Shown: positions 1-8,083 of the stretch, piece after piece
Position numbering within the stretch: the stretch's first letter is position 1
How the letters are laid out: every line of letters begins with the position of its first letter
Assembly (NCBI GenBank): GCA_964014485.1
Contig: CAXHAT010000071.1
Span: 1 to 36,179 of the forward strand
DNA from: an uncultured Deferribacteres bacterium
GTDB lineage: Bacteria > Zhuqueibacterota > Zhuqueibacteria > Zhuqueibacterales > Geothermadaptataceae
DNA: 36,179 nt
Reading direction: 5' to 3'
Notes under the pieces: model-generated
What the model was told of the DNA's origin: nothing
Databases searched by the model: none
What the model saw: only the letters and a program-made list of their open reading frames with translations
Made by a program: the position numbers and the translations under genes

Positions 1-101
1 TTACTGGATTACTGGATTACTGGATTACTGGATTACTGGATTACTGGATTACTGGATTACTGGGGGTTTTCCATAAATCCACTACTCCAGAAATCCAACA
101 C
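1..101. repeat. Octamer tandem repeat (TTACTGGA x ~8) followed by complementary degenerate TCCANNNN octamers
   Basis: Perfect TTACTGGA units at 1-63. TCCATAAA/TCCACTAC/TCCAGAAA/TCCAACAC at 70-101 can pair with them. Truncated by the window start. Confidence 0.9.
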
Positions 102-110
102 GCCTGGCTT

Positions 111-734
111 TTATACGTCGCTTTGCCGAATCGCCGTGATCGGTTCTGGTGATTTTTCCCAAGATCTGATGAAGTTTTCTTGTTCGATCCCGCAGGCGTC
201 CGCAAAGCGATTGATGTAATTAAAGAAACCAATAATCTGCGTTGCGTCGTGTATCGCCCGTTCGGAAAGGCCGTTTTTTCGCAACGCGTCGAGATTGTCG
301 GGGGTCATTTTCTGCGGGTGCAGAGTGAGTTTTTCGGCGTAGTCGCAAAGTGCAAAATTCGCGGCGGTGAGGCCGGCCAAACGCCAATCCTTTGCAATGT
401 GATGGACAAACAAGTCCGCCTCTGCATCGTCAGTTAATCCACAATCGTTTGCGACCTCGGCACGGAGGTCGTGGGCGTGTGATCGTATTCAGTAGACGCA
501 ATGGTTGGTCGCGGAAACAACGACCGCAAGCATTTCGCGCTGGCTGCGAGAAAGCGGCGAAGCTCCGTAAAGCAGCGTGCTATAAAAATCCATTGAAGCC
601 TTGAGCGCGCGGGGGTTTAGGCTCATGAGTCGAACGACATTCCAAATTCGTCCGGCGCGATCAAGGGCTTCGTCGTACTGTTTTTTCAAGTAGCCTTTTG
701 CGTCTTCGTAGGCGACTGTCTTAATCCATGCCAT
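111..734 (-). CDS. AhpD/carboxymuconolactone decarboxylase-like peroxidase, probable selenoprotein (CxxU), 207 aa
   Basis: ORFs 489..734 and 111..413 are in the same frame and joined by an open stretch after the TGA at 491-489: ...EMLAVVVSATNHCVY-U-IRSHAHDLRAEV...LFVHHIAKDW...YAEKLT...IIGFFNYINR. This matches the AhpD CxxCxxxH motif. Confidence 0.88.
452..471 (-). promoter_or_regulatory. Putative bacterial SECIS element
   Basis: mRNA stem CGACCUC/GAGGUCG with loop CGUGCC (G then U near the loop start). The loop begins 24 nt after the in-frame UGA. Confidence 0.75.
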
Positions 735-1157
735 TTTCTTCAGATTTGAATGGATTTATGATTCTCAATTTTCCATCAATTTCAAATCCATGTTGCATAT
801 CTTCGGAATAGAGTATTTCGCACTCTGCAGCAAGAGCCGAAGAGACAACCAGACTGTCCCAAAATGAAAAACTATGAAATTTTCTCAAATCTGAAGCCGT
901 CAGAAGAGTGTTTTTTTCTACTTCAATTACTGTGAATTTTTGGTAGAACGACAGGATTAAAAATCGTATTTCTTGTTCTGATTTGTCAGTTTTTTCAAGA
1001 GATTGACGCAAGTCTCATTAATAACCTGGTCGCTAATGACAATTTCATTTGATTGAATTGTCTTCTTGGCAAGGCTTCTTTTACGTTTTTCTGACTTATT
1101 CTGCGTTTCGATAAAAGCGTACAGCCAAATATTCGTATCGATGAAGCAAGATGACAT
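721..1157 (-). pseudogene. PIN-domain (VapC-like) toxin, frameshifted
   Basis: N-terminal FIDTNIWLY...QVINE in ORF 957..1157 and C-terminal SFWDSLVVSSAL...LYSEDMQHG...IINPF in ORF 721..1011. The frames join if the A6 run (990-995) were A7. Confidence 0.8.
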
Positions 1158-1161
1158 AAAA

Positions 1162-1374
1162 CTACCGGGTTTCGTAGATTTCGTTTCGAGCTAAAGGTCG
1201 AAAGTCTTTAAGCTTTATAGGGTTCTCGAAAAGCGTTTCGATATAATCAGATTCGGCGGGAGCTTCATCGGTCATAATAATAACTTTTACATGTTCTTGA
1301 AGTTTTTTTCTATGTCGGAGAGGGATTTGAATAGCGCCGTCCTTGACTTTGGTTCGAAACTCAATAGCAAACAT
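1162..1374 (-). CDS. Putative antitoxin, 70 aa
   Basis: MFAIEFRTKVKDGAIQIP... small protein directly upstream of the PIN gene. GGAG RBS 7 nt before ATG 1374. Confidence 0.7.
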   Translation of the reverse strand: MFAIEFRTKVKDGAIQIPLRHRKKLQEHVKVIIMTDEAPAESDYIETLFENPIKLKDFRPLARNEIYETR

Positions 1375-1496
1375 ACTCATACTCCATAAATGAACAAACC
1401 TAAAAGAATACACGTCAAAGCGAGCTCTGCTAAGCAGGAAAAACTGATTCTAAGACAATTTCTTTCAGCATTTCGAATAATATAAGCATATGGATA

Positions 1497-1910
1497 ATGA
1501 ATTCTGAAATAAATCAAATCGAGACGGAAACAAATCTCGCAGTCGGCGAACATTTTATCATGGACGCCTGGGGCGTTTCGCGCGAGCGTTTGAATGATCC
1601 GGAGACAATTCGTGAAGCATTGATGAAAGCAATCGCCGCCGTCAAAGCGACGCTGATCAATTTGACGGTTCATCAGTTTAGCCCGCACGGCGTCACGGCG
1701 ACGGCGACGTTGGCCGAGTCCCACATTGCGCTACATACTTGGCCGGAACATGGCTATTTCGGCATGGACATTTTTCTTTGCAGCGGCGAAAATCCGGAGT
1801 TGGCGTGCCGGGCATTAGAGAAATTTTTTGAGCCGAAACACGTAAAAAAACGGCATTTTTCACGCGGTTTAGCCATTGAAAAAACACAGCCGAATTCTTC
1901 GGAAGCATAG
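1497..1910 (+). CDS. speD: S-adenosylmethionine decarboxylase proenzyme (pyruvoyl-dependent)
   Basis: HQFSPHGVTATATLAESHIALHTWPEHGY, containing the ES self-cleavage motif. Confidence 0.9.
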   Translation: MNSEINQIETETNLAVGEHFIMDAWGVSRERLNDPETIREALMKAIAAVKATLINLTVHQFSPHGVTATATLAESHIALHTWPEHGYFGMDIFLCSGENPELACRALEKFFEPKHVKKRHFSRGLAIEKTQPNSSEA

Positions 1911-1920
1911 GCGTTTTCGC

Positions 1921-1951
1921 TTGACATTCGCTGCAATTGTCGTTATAGAAT
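1921..1951 (+). promoter_or_regulatory. Possible sigma-70 promoter of the AAA ATPase gene
   Basis: Perfect TTGACA at 1921, then TATAGA (17 bp spacer) or TAGAAT (19 bp spacer). Confidence 0.45.
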
Positions 1952-1995
1952 TTTGTTTTTTGATTATCAAAAGGGCCGTTTAAAGGACACAAAAT

Positions 1996-3354
1996 ATGAC
2001 CACAGGAAACGAAAGTTTGAAGGCGTTGCGAGACGCAGTCAGGCTTTCTCCCGATAACATTCCGTTACGGCAGCATTTTGCTGAAACGCTTATCGGAAAA
2101 GGGTTGGTGGAAGAAGCGGAAAGAGAATATCGCGGCGCGTTGTCGCTCGATCCTGACAATGTGCAGTTGAAGGTCGGATTGGCGAACGCGTTCTTTCAGC
2201 AAAATAAAAAATCGCCGGCCTTGGTTGTGCTGGAAGATTTGATTCAAAACAATGACGCGCCGGCGCGCGCTTACATGCTTTACGCTCGGCTTTTGATGAA
2301 ATCGGGTGAAAGAATTCAAGCGCTTGATGAGTATAAAAAGGCATTGAAGATGGACCCTGGCTTAGCGGACCCGACTCTTGCGGAACAGCTCGGCTTTAAT
2401 CCAATGGAATTGGACGAAGACGAAGAGACGTTTGGCGATGACGATGATCTTATTCCGGTGCCGAATGAATATCCTGACGACGACATAAATCTGGAGCTTG
2501 AGCGTCCGGATATTGACTTTCGTAACGTCGGCGGGATGGACAAGCTGAAAGAAGAAATTCGGATGAAAATCATTCATCCCTTGACGCATCCCGAAATTTA
2601 TTCAGCTTACGGCAAGCCGGTCGGCGGCGGCATTTTAATGTATGGCCCGCCCGGTTGCGGTAAAACGCACCTCGCCCGTGCAACCGCCGGAGAAGTCAAG
2701 GCGGGATTTATTTCCGTTGGCATCCACGACGTGCTCGATATGTGGATCGGCAACAGCGAAAGAAATTTGCATGAGCTTTTTGAATACGCGCGCGAACACA
2801 AGCCGTGCGTCCTGTTTTTCGATGAGGTTGACGCGCTAGGCGCTAGTCGGACGGACATGCGTCGTTCTGGCGGCAGGCAATTGATCAATCAGTTTCTGTC
2901 TGAGTTAGACGGTCTCGACGCCTCGAACGACGGCGTTTTGATTTTGGCTGCGACCAATGCGCCCTGGCACCTTGACTCCGCCTTTCGTCGCCCCGGCAGA
3001 TTTGATCGCATTCTGTTCGTCCCGCCTCCTGATGCGCAAGCGCGCGCTGCGATTTTGCGAATTATGCTGAAAGGCAAACCGATCCAGGACATAGACTACG
3101 ATTACATCGGCCAAAAAACGGACGGCTTTTCCGGCGCTGACTTAAAAGCTTTGATTGACGTTGCCATTGAAAGTAAACTCCGCCAGGCAATGAAAGCAGG
3201 AGTGCCGCAACCGATTGAAACCAAAGATTTGAAGAAAGCCGTTAAGCGTCTCAAGCCGACCACAAAGGAATGGTTTTCCACCGCCCGGAATTACACGCTC
3301 TATGCGAACGAAGGGGGGATTTACGACGATATCAAAGACTATTTAAAGCTTTAA
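1996..3354 (+). CDS. AAA+ ATPase with N-terminal TPR domain
   Basis: TPR-like helices, acidic linker, Walker A GPPGCGKT, Walker B LFFDEVD, SRH ATNAPWHLDSAFRRPGRFD. Confidence 0.92.
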   Translation: MTTGNESLKALRDAVRLSPDNIPLRQHFAETLIGKGLVEEAEREYRGALSLDPDNVQLKVGLANAFFQQNKKSPALVVLEDLIQNNDAPARAYMLYARLLMKSGERIQALDEYKKALKMDPGLADPTLAEQLGFNPMELDEDEETFGDDDDLIPVPNEYPDDDINLELERPDIDFRNVGGMDKLKEEIRMKIIHPLTHPEIYSAYGKPVGGGILMYGPPGCGKTHLARATAGEVKAGFISVGIHDVLDMWIGNSERNLHELFEYAREHKPCVLFFDEVDALGASRTDMRRSGGRQLINQFLSELDGLDASNDGVLILAATNAPWHLDSAFRRPGRFDRILFVPPPDAQARAAILRIMLKGKPIQDIDYDYIGQKTDGFSGADLKALIDVAIESKLRQAMKAGVPQPIETKDLKKAVKRLKPTTKEWFSTARNYTLYANEGGIYDDIKDYLKL

Positions 3355-3391
3355 CGGCGCAGGCTGTGCGTCGACCGGGAGGTTTTTCTAG

Positions 3392-4639
3392 ATGGGCGTC
3401 CATCTTAACCGTGCGCAAATGCTTTTGGAGCAGGGACGTTACGAATTGGCTGAAAAAGAGCTAAGAAGCGAGCTGGCATATTCGCCCGAAGACCCAATCG
3501 TTCACTCTGTACTTGCCATTTGTCTTTCCGAACAAAACAGGTTCTCTGAAGCGATTCAAGAAGCGGAACAAGGCGTGGGCATGGGGCCGGACGTGCCCTA
3601 CACGCACTATGTTCGCGGCAATGTTTTCTACTCAAACAAAAATTATGACAAGGCGCTCGATTCAGTCAATGAAGCGATCCGCCTCGACCCCGAAGATGCG
3701 GACTATTTTTCGCTCCTTGCCTGCATCCGGTTCGATCAAAAGAAATGGCAGGGCGCGCTTGACGCGGCGGAACAAGGTTTGGCAATCGATCCGGAAGACG
3801 TGAATTCGGCGAATATTCGCGCCATGTCCCTGGCCAAGCTTGGCAGAGAAAAAGAGGCGGAAACGACGATTGATTCCGCCCTGCGCCGCGATCCTTCCAA
3901 CGCCGTTACTCATGCAAACCAGGGGTGGACGTTGTTGCAACGCGGCAATCATAAGAAAGCGATGGTGCATTTTCGCGAAGCGCTGCGACTGGAACCGACG
4001 CTGGATTGGGCCCGCGAAGGCATTATCGAAGCGTTGAAGGCGCGGCACTTTATCTATCGGATTATGCTCCGATACTTTTTCTGGACGTCGCGCTTAAGCG
4101 ACAGAGCGCAATGGGGGATCCTGATCGGCGGTTATCTGGGATATCGTTTTTTGCTGGGCGTAGCGCAAGACCAACCGCAGCTTGCGCCCTTTCTCTGGCC
4201 GCTTGTCGGCGCGTACATTGGGTTTGCACTCATGACCTGGATCGCCGACCCGGTTTTTAACCTGCTTTTGCGAATCCATCCGTTTGGGAAGCTGGCGCTC
4301 TCCAAAAGACAAACAATGGCGGCGAATTGGGTTGGCGGGTGTATCGCGCTTGCTCTGATTTTTCTGGGGTATTTTCTCTACTCCGGCAATGCGATTGCTT
4401 TGATGGCGGCCTTGAGCAGCGGCTTATTTGTCATTCCCGTGTCCGGGGCTTTTCGCGGCAATACGCAAAGAACCCGGCGAATTTTAACAGCTTTTACAGT
4501 CGTTCTTGGCCTTTTCGGCGCATGCTGGCTTGCCTTCTCATTTTTGGGCGTTTCGGCTGCGTCAGGTCTGGGTTATTATTTTTTCATCGGCATTTTGATC
4601 TATTCGTTTCTGGCGAATTATTTGATTTTCAGGGAATGA
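3392..4639 (+). CDS. TPR-repeat protein with C-terminal multi-pass membrane domain
   Basis: About 6 TPR repeats (e.g. YDKALDSVNEAIRLDPEDADYF) followed by about 6 hydrophobic segments. Confidence 0.88.
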   Translation: MGVHLNRAQMLLEQGRYELAEKELRSELAYSPEDPIVHSVLAICLSEQNRFSEAIQEAEQGVGMGPDVPYTHYVRGNVFYSNKNYDKALDSVNEAIRLDPEDADYFSLLACIRFDQKKWQGALDAAEQGLAIDPEDVNSANIRAMSLAKLGREKEAETTIDSALRRDPSNAVTHANQGWTLLQRGNHKKAMVHFREALRLEPTLDWAREGIIEALKARHFIYRIMLRYFFWTSRLSDRAQWGILIGGYLGYRFLLGVAQDQPQLAPFLWPLVGAYIGFALMTWIADPVFNLLLRIHPFGKLALSKRQTMAANWVGGCIALALIFLGYFLYSGNAIALMAALSSGLFVIPVSGAFRGNTQRTRRILTAFTVVLGLFGACWLAFSFLGVSAASGLGYYFFIGILIYSFLANYLIFRE

Positions 4640-4695
4640 CGCCCGCCTAAATGTGATTCTATCTTTTCAAACTAGTTTTCGCCTTGGCGGCTAAA

Positions 4696-4834
4696 GAAGC
4701 TGTTGAGAAAGTCCCCGTCTGTCATTCTGAAAGAATCTTTGTTATCGCCCGGTTCAGATTACGCTCAAAAGTTAAAGGGTTTAGATCAAAAAAGATGCTT
4801 TCAGCGTGACAGTTTTGGATTTTACGGCAGCCTC
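4696..4834. repeat. Palindromic MITE/REP-like element, copy 1
   Basis: Inner IR TGTCATTCTGAAAGAATCT (4720-4738) / AGATGCTTTCAGCGTGACA (4793-4811) and an imperfect outer IR. A similar copy lies at 16085-16225. Confidence 0.75.
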
Positions 4835-4884
4835 AAAGGCGTTCAGAATAATCCGAAATTTCAGCTCGTCGTAACCTTCAAACC

Positions 4885-5253
4885 ATGCCCGAATCATCAG
4901 CCCTCGTTTTTGTTTATAACGCTGACAGCGATTTTTTTAGCAAACTGACTGATTTTGCCCACAAAGTCATTTCCCCCAAAACCTACGCTTGCCGACTCTG
5001 CGCAATTACGCATTCAAATTTTGGCATGAAACAGGACTGGCGTCAATTTTTGGAAAAACTCGACCTCCCAGTTGAATTTCTTTATCGAGATGAGCTAAAA
5101 CGAGACGTTTTGTTGCCCCAAGTGAAATTGCCTGCGATATTTCTCAGAGAAGATGGAAAAACGTCCCTTCTCATACCCGCCCTGGAGATTAGAGAAGCCG
5201 CGTCCCTGGACGAATTGAAAAACCTCATTCTAACCGCACTGGAACAAGACTAA
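4885..5253 (+). CDS. Hypothetical protein with CxxC (YACRLC)
   Basis: LVFVYNAD...DFAHKVISPKTYACRLCAITH...WRQFL; protein-like composition, fills the gap. Confidence 0.75.
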   Translation: MPESSALVFVYNADSDFFSKLTDFAHKVISPKTYACRLCAITHSNFGMKQDWRQFLEKLDLPVEFLYRDELKRDVLLPQVKLPAIFLREDGKTSLLIPALEIREAASLDELKNLILTALEQD

Positions 5254-5288
5254 ACCACGCTCAAAATTTAAGGAATAAGCTGAAGAGC

Positions 5289-5345
5289 GCGTTTGCGTCT
5301 GAGCAAGTGAGAGCACCCTCGAAAGCTTGCTCAGGTAAACGTTTT
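5289..5345 (+). terminator. Long hairpin, possible terminator
   Basis: CTGAGCAAG/CTTGCTCAG stem with an outer GCGTTTGC/GTAAACGT stem, then a short T run. Confidence 0.4.
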
Positions 5346-5354
5346 GTGCTGTTG

Positions 5355-5422
5355 TGTAACAAAAGATTACATTTACTAGCCCTTGACGGCGCGCCGACCT
5401 TGTCTCGGAATAATTTGTTACG
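5355..5422. promoter_or_regulatory. Paired enhancer (bEBP) boxes, TGT-N11-ACA type
   Basis: TGTAACAAAAGATTACA (5355-5371) and CGGAATAATTTGTTACG (5406-5422), upstream of a sigma-54 motif. Similar boxes recur at 11935-11991. Confidence 0.65.
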
Positions 5423-5531
5423 CCAGGGCGGACGACGGCAAATTCAGTCTGAAAGGAGATTTGGTTTTTTGGTTCGCTAAGATGCTGTTTTTAAAATGGA
5501 TAAATTGCTTCGCGGGTTTGGTCTCCTTGTG

Positions 5532-5546
5532 TGGCACACCGATTGC
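5532..5546 (+). promoter_or_regulatory. Sigma-54 (-24/-12) promoter
   Basis: TGGCAC-ACCGA-TTGC, with exact consensus spacing, upstream of the polysaccharide locus. Confidence 0.8.
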
Positions 5547-5669
5547 CTAATGACTGGGCGAATGTCGTTTTCATGGAAAGGGAGTTCAGAAAACGGAACA
5601 GGGCGATTTGCTGAAAACGCCGACAATTTTCAGCGAATCAAAAACAGCAGGGACAAGGAGACGCCCAAA

Positions 5670-6089
5670 ATGACCACGACAGAATTACGCCCGCGTACGA
5701 CAAAGCGCCGGGCTCAACAAGGCTTCGTTGGGGTTGCCGAAAAAATTAAGTCGAATGACTTTGGCGAACTGGAACTCATTCTCAAAAAAGAGCGCGCTCG
5801 CGCCGACAGAAGCGGCGAGACGTTCTCCCATCTCTTGATTTCATGCGAACAGGGCTCGGCAGCGTTTTTAAATGAGCTCACCAGAATCATCTTCAACCGA
5901 GTCCGCTTCACCGATGAAGTTCGGAATATCCAAAGCGACAGAATTGCCGTTATCCTGCCGAACACTTCCGCCGAAGGGGCGCGGACGTTAGCCAATGCGA
6001 TCTCCGCTGAAATCGGCGGGCAGGCCAAGATTGATTATCAGATTTACGTATATCCGCAAAAGACGCCGCTTCAAATGGGCGGTAATTAG
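5670..6089 (+). CDS. Degenerate GGDEF-like domain protein, 139 aa
   Basis: AAGGAG RBS before ATG 5670. LKKERARADRSGETFS...RVRFTD...IAVILPNTSAEGARTLA follows the GGDEF fold pattern but has no GG(D/E)EF motif. Confidence 0.7.
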   Translation: MTTTELRPRTTKRRAQQGFVGVAEKIKSNDFGELELILKKERARADRSGETFSHLLISCEQGSAAFLNELTRIIFNRVRFTDEVRNIQSDRIAVILPNTSAEGARTLANAISAEIGGQAKIDYQIYVYPQKTPLQMGGN

Positions 6090-6166
6090 AGCGCATTCTT
6101 GTTGAAACGCCGAGACGAATTTGTCGAAGACTGGACGCTTCTTATTCAAACGCAGGGATAACATCA

Positions 6167-7009
6167 ATGAAAACGCCGAACACGACATACAGAGAAAGTA
6201 AGATCACCCCCCGGACTTCTCCGCTTATTTCGCTTCCGAAACTGGATCAGAATATCACGCGCTTGCATCGCACCATTCAAAAGCTGGACGCACAACGAAA
6301 CACAAAATCCGTCGAAGTTCAGGCGCACGAAATGACGCATTTGTTTGCGCCAAAACTTCCTTTTTGGAAGCGCGCTACAGACGTTGCTCTTGCTTCATTG
6401 GCTTGCGTCCTGTTGTCGCCCGTCCTTTTGACGCTCGCCGCTTTTATCAAAATCGTTTCTCCCGGGCCGGTGTTTTTCAAGCAGGAACGCGTTGGGCGGC
6501 TTGGCAAGACGTTCACGATTCTGAAGTTTCGCTCCATGAAAGTCAACGCGAGCACGAACGTGCATCAAGACCACTTTGCCGATTTAATGAAGTCGGACAA
6601 GCCGATGCAGAAGCTGGACAAGGGCAAAGACGCGCGCGTTATTCCATTGGGCGGGCTGATTCGCAAATCCGGCATTGACGAACTCGCACAATTGTTCAAC
6701 GTGATTCGCGGCGACATGAGTCTGGTCGGACCGCGTCCGTGTCTGCCCTATGAAGCGGACGATTATCAGCAGTGGCAACGCGCCCGTTTCGACGTACTGC
6801 CGGGGATCACCGGGCTTTGGCAGGTCAGCGGCAAAAACAGAACGACTTTCAAAGAAATGATTCGTTTCGATATTAATTACGCAAGAACAGCCTCATTCTG
6901 GCTCGATATTAAAATCATGCTCAAAACGGTCCCGGCAATCATCGACCAAATGATCGACACATCCTTACCAAAAACCGAGAATGGAGTTGGAAATGGACAA
7001 ATCGCTTAA
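6167..7009 (+). CDS. Priming sugar transferase (phosphoglycosyl transferase)
   Basis: KRATD, one TM segment, FFKQERVG, KFRSM, IDELAQL, GDMSLVGPRP, PGITGLWQVSG. Confidence 0.93.
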   Translation: MKTPNTTYRESKITPRTSPLISLPKLDQNITRLHRTIQKLDAQRNTKSVEVQAHEMTHLFAPKLPFWKRATDVALASLACVLLSPVLLTLAAFIKIVSPGPVFFKQERVGRLGKTFTILKFRSMKVNASTNVHQDHFADLMKSDKPMQKLDKGKDARVIPLGGLIRKSGIDELAQLFNVIRGDMSLVGPRPCLPYEADDYQQWQRARFDVLPGITGLWQVSGKNRTTFKEMIRFDINYARTASFWLDIKIMLKTVPAIIDQMIDTSLPKTENGVGNGQIA

Positions 7010-8072
7010 TATCGGCGTCGTAGGCTGCGGTTACTGGGGCCCGAACTTGATCCGAAATTTTAATGCTCTTCCTGATTCAAAAATCAGCGCGATTTGTGAC
7101 AAAGACGCTAAGCGTCTTGCGCACATGCAAAAGCTTTATCCCGAAGCGATGATCACGGAACACTTTGTCGATTTCGTTAAAGACGAAAAACTTGATGCTG
7201 TCGCCATTGCAACGCCCGTGCATACGCATTACCGTTTTGCCAAGGCCAGTCTGCTGGCGGGAAAACATACTTACATTGAAAAGCCGATGGCCGCGTCTGT
7301 TGCCGAGTGTGAAGAACTGGTTGAGCTGGCCAAGAAGCTGAATTTGACGCTGTTTATCGGACACACTTTTATTTACTCCGCGCCTGTCCGCATGATCAAA
7401 GAAATGATTTCTTCCGGCTATTTGGGCGACGTGTACTACATCAATTCGCAGCGCCTCAACCTCGGCCTGTTTCAGCAAGACGTTAACGTCGCGTGGGATT
7501 TGGCGCCGCACGATATTTCCATCATTCAATATCTTTTTGATGAACGCCCGACCGCCGTGAATTGCCAGGGCAAGGCGAACGTGAACGCGAAAATCGAAGA
7601 CATTACGACGATGTCGCTTGAATTTTCAAACAATAAATTTGCAATCGTTCAGAGTAGCTGGCTTGACCCCAATAAAGTTCGTAAAATGACCATTGTCGGC
7701 AGCGAGCGCATGCTGGTTTATGATGACAATGAGCCGCTCGAAAAGATCAAAATTTACGACAAACGCGTTGATGCTCCGCAATATTACGATACCTTTGGCG
7801 AATTCCAATACTCGTACCATTACGGCGACGCCAGCATTCCTTATCTTAAACAATCGGAACCGCTGAAAACGCTTTGTCAGCATTTTGTCGAATGTATTAA
7901 CGAGCAAGCCAAGCCGGAATCTAGCGGCGTGGAAGGTCTTCAAGTCGTGCAGGTTTTGGAAGCAGCTTCAAAATCTTTACGAGAAGACGGCGCAAAAGTC
8001 ATGATCGAGCAAGCGAATGCTGTTGACGCGAAACAAAAAACAGCGTCGGATTCGATTGTAACAATTGTGTGA
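6993..8072 (+). CDS. Gfo/Idh/MocA oxidoreductase (WlbA/WbpB-like nucleotide-sugar dehydrogenase)
   Basis: GVVGCGYWG, EKP and DLAPHD motifs. Start may be 6981 or 6993. Confidence 0.88.
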   Translation: MDKSLNIGVVGCGYWGPNLIRNFNALPDSKISAICDKDAKRLAHMQKLYPEAMITEHFVDFVKDEKLDAVAIATPVHTHYRFAKASLLAGKHTYIEKPMAASVAECEELVELAKKLNLTLFIGHTFIYSAPVRMIKEMISSGYLGDVYYINSQRLNLGLFQQDVNVAWDLAPHDISIIQYLFDERPTAVNCQGKANVNAKIEDITTMSLEFSNNKFAIVQSSWLDPNKVRKMTIVGSERMLVYDDNEPLEKIKIYDKRVDAPQYYDTFGEFQYSYHYGDASIPYLKQSEPLKTLCQHFVECINEQAKPESSGVEGLQVVQVLEAASKSLREDGAKVMIEQANAVDAKQKTASDSIVTIV

Positions 8073-8083
8073 AAGGGATAAGG

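Noticed and set aside
1..63. CRISPR array or telomere
   Set aside because: Simple 8 bp tandem units with no spacers, and a related degenerate array occurs internally.
489..491. Genome-wide UGA reassignment (Trp/Gly) as the explanation for the in-frame TGA
   Set aside because: TGA is a normal stop for other genes here (e.g. 4637-4639, PadR, FMO), and this one aligns with a catalytic Cys.
4703..4948. 81 aa ORF (and 15986..16198) sharing VILKES...YAQ
   Set aside because: The similarity arises from the DNA palindrome repeat; no convincing RBS or protein features.
5496..5669. N-terminal extension of the GGDEF-like ORF
   Set aside because: It overlaps the sigma-54 promoter, and a strong RBS precedes ATG 5670.
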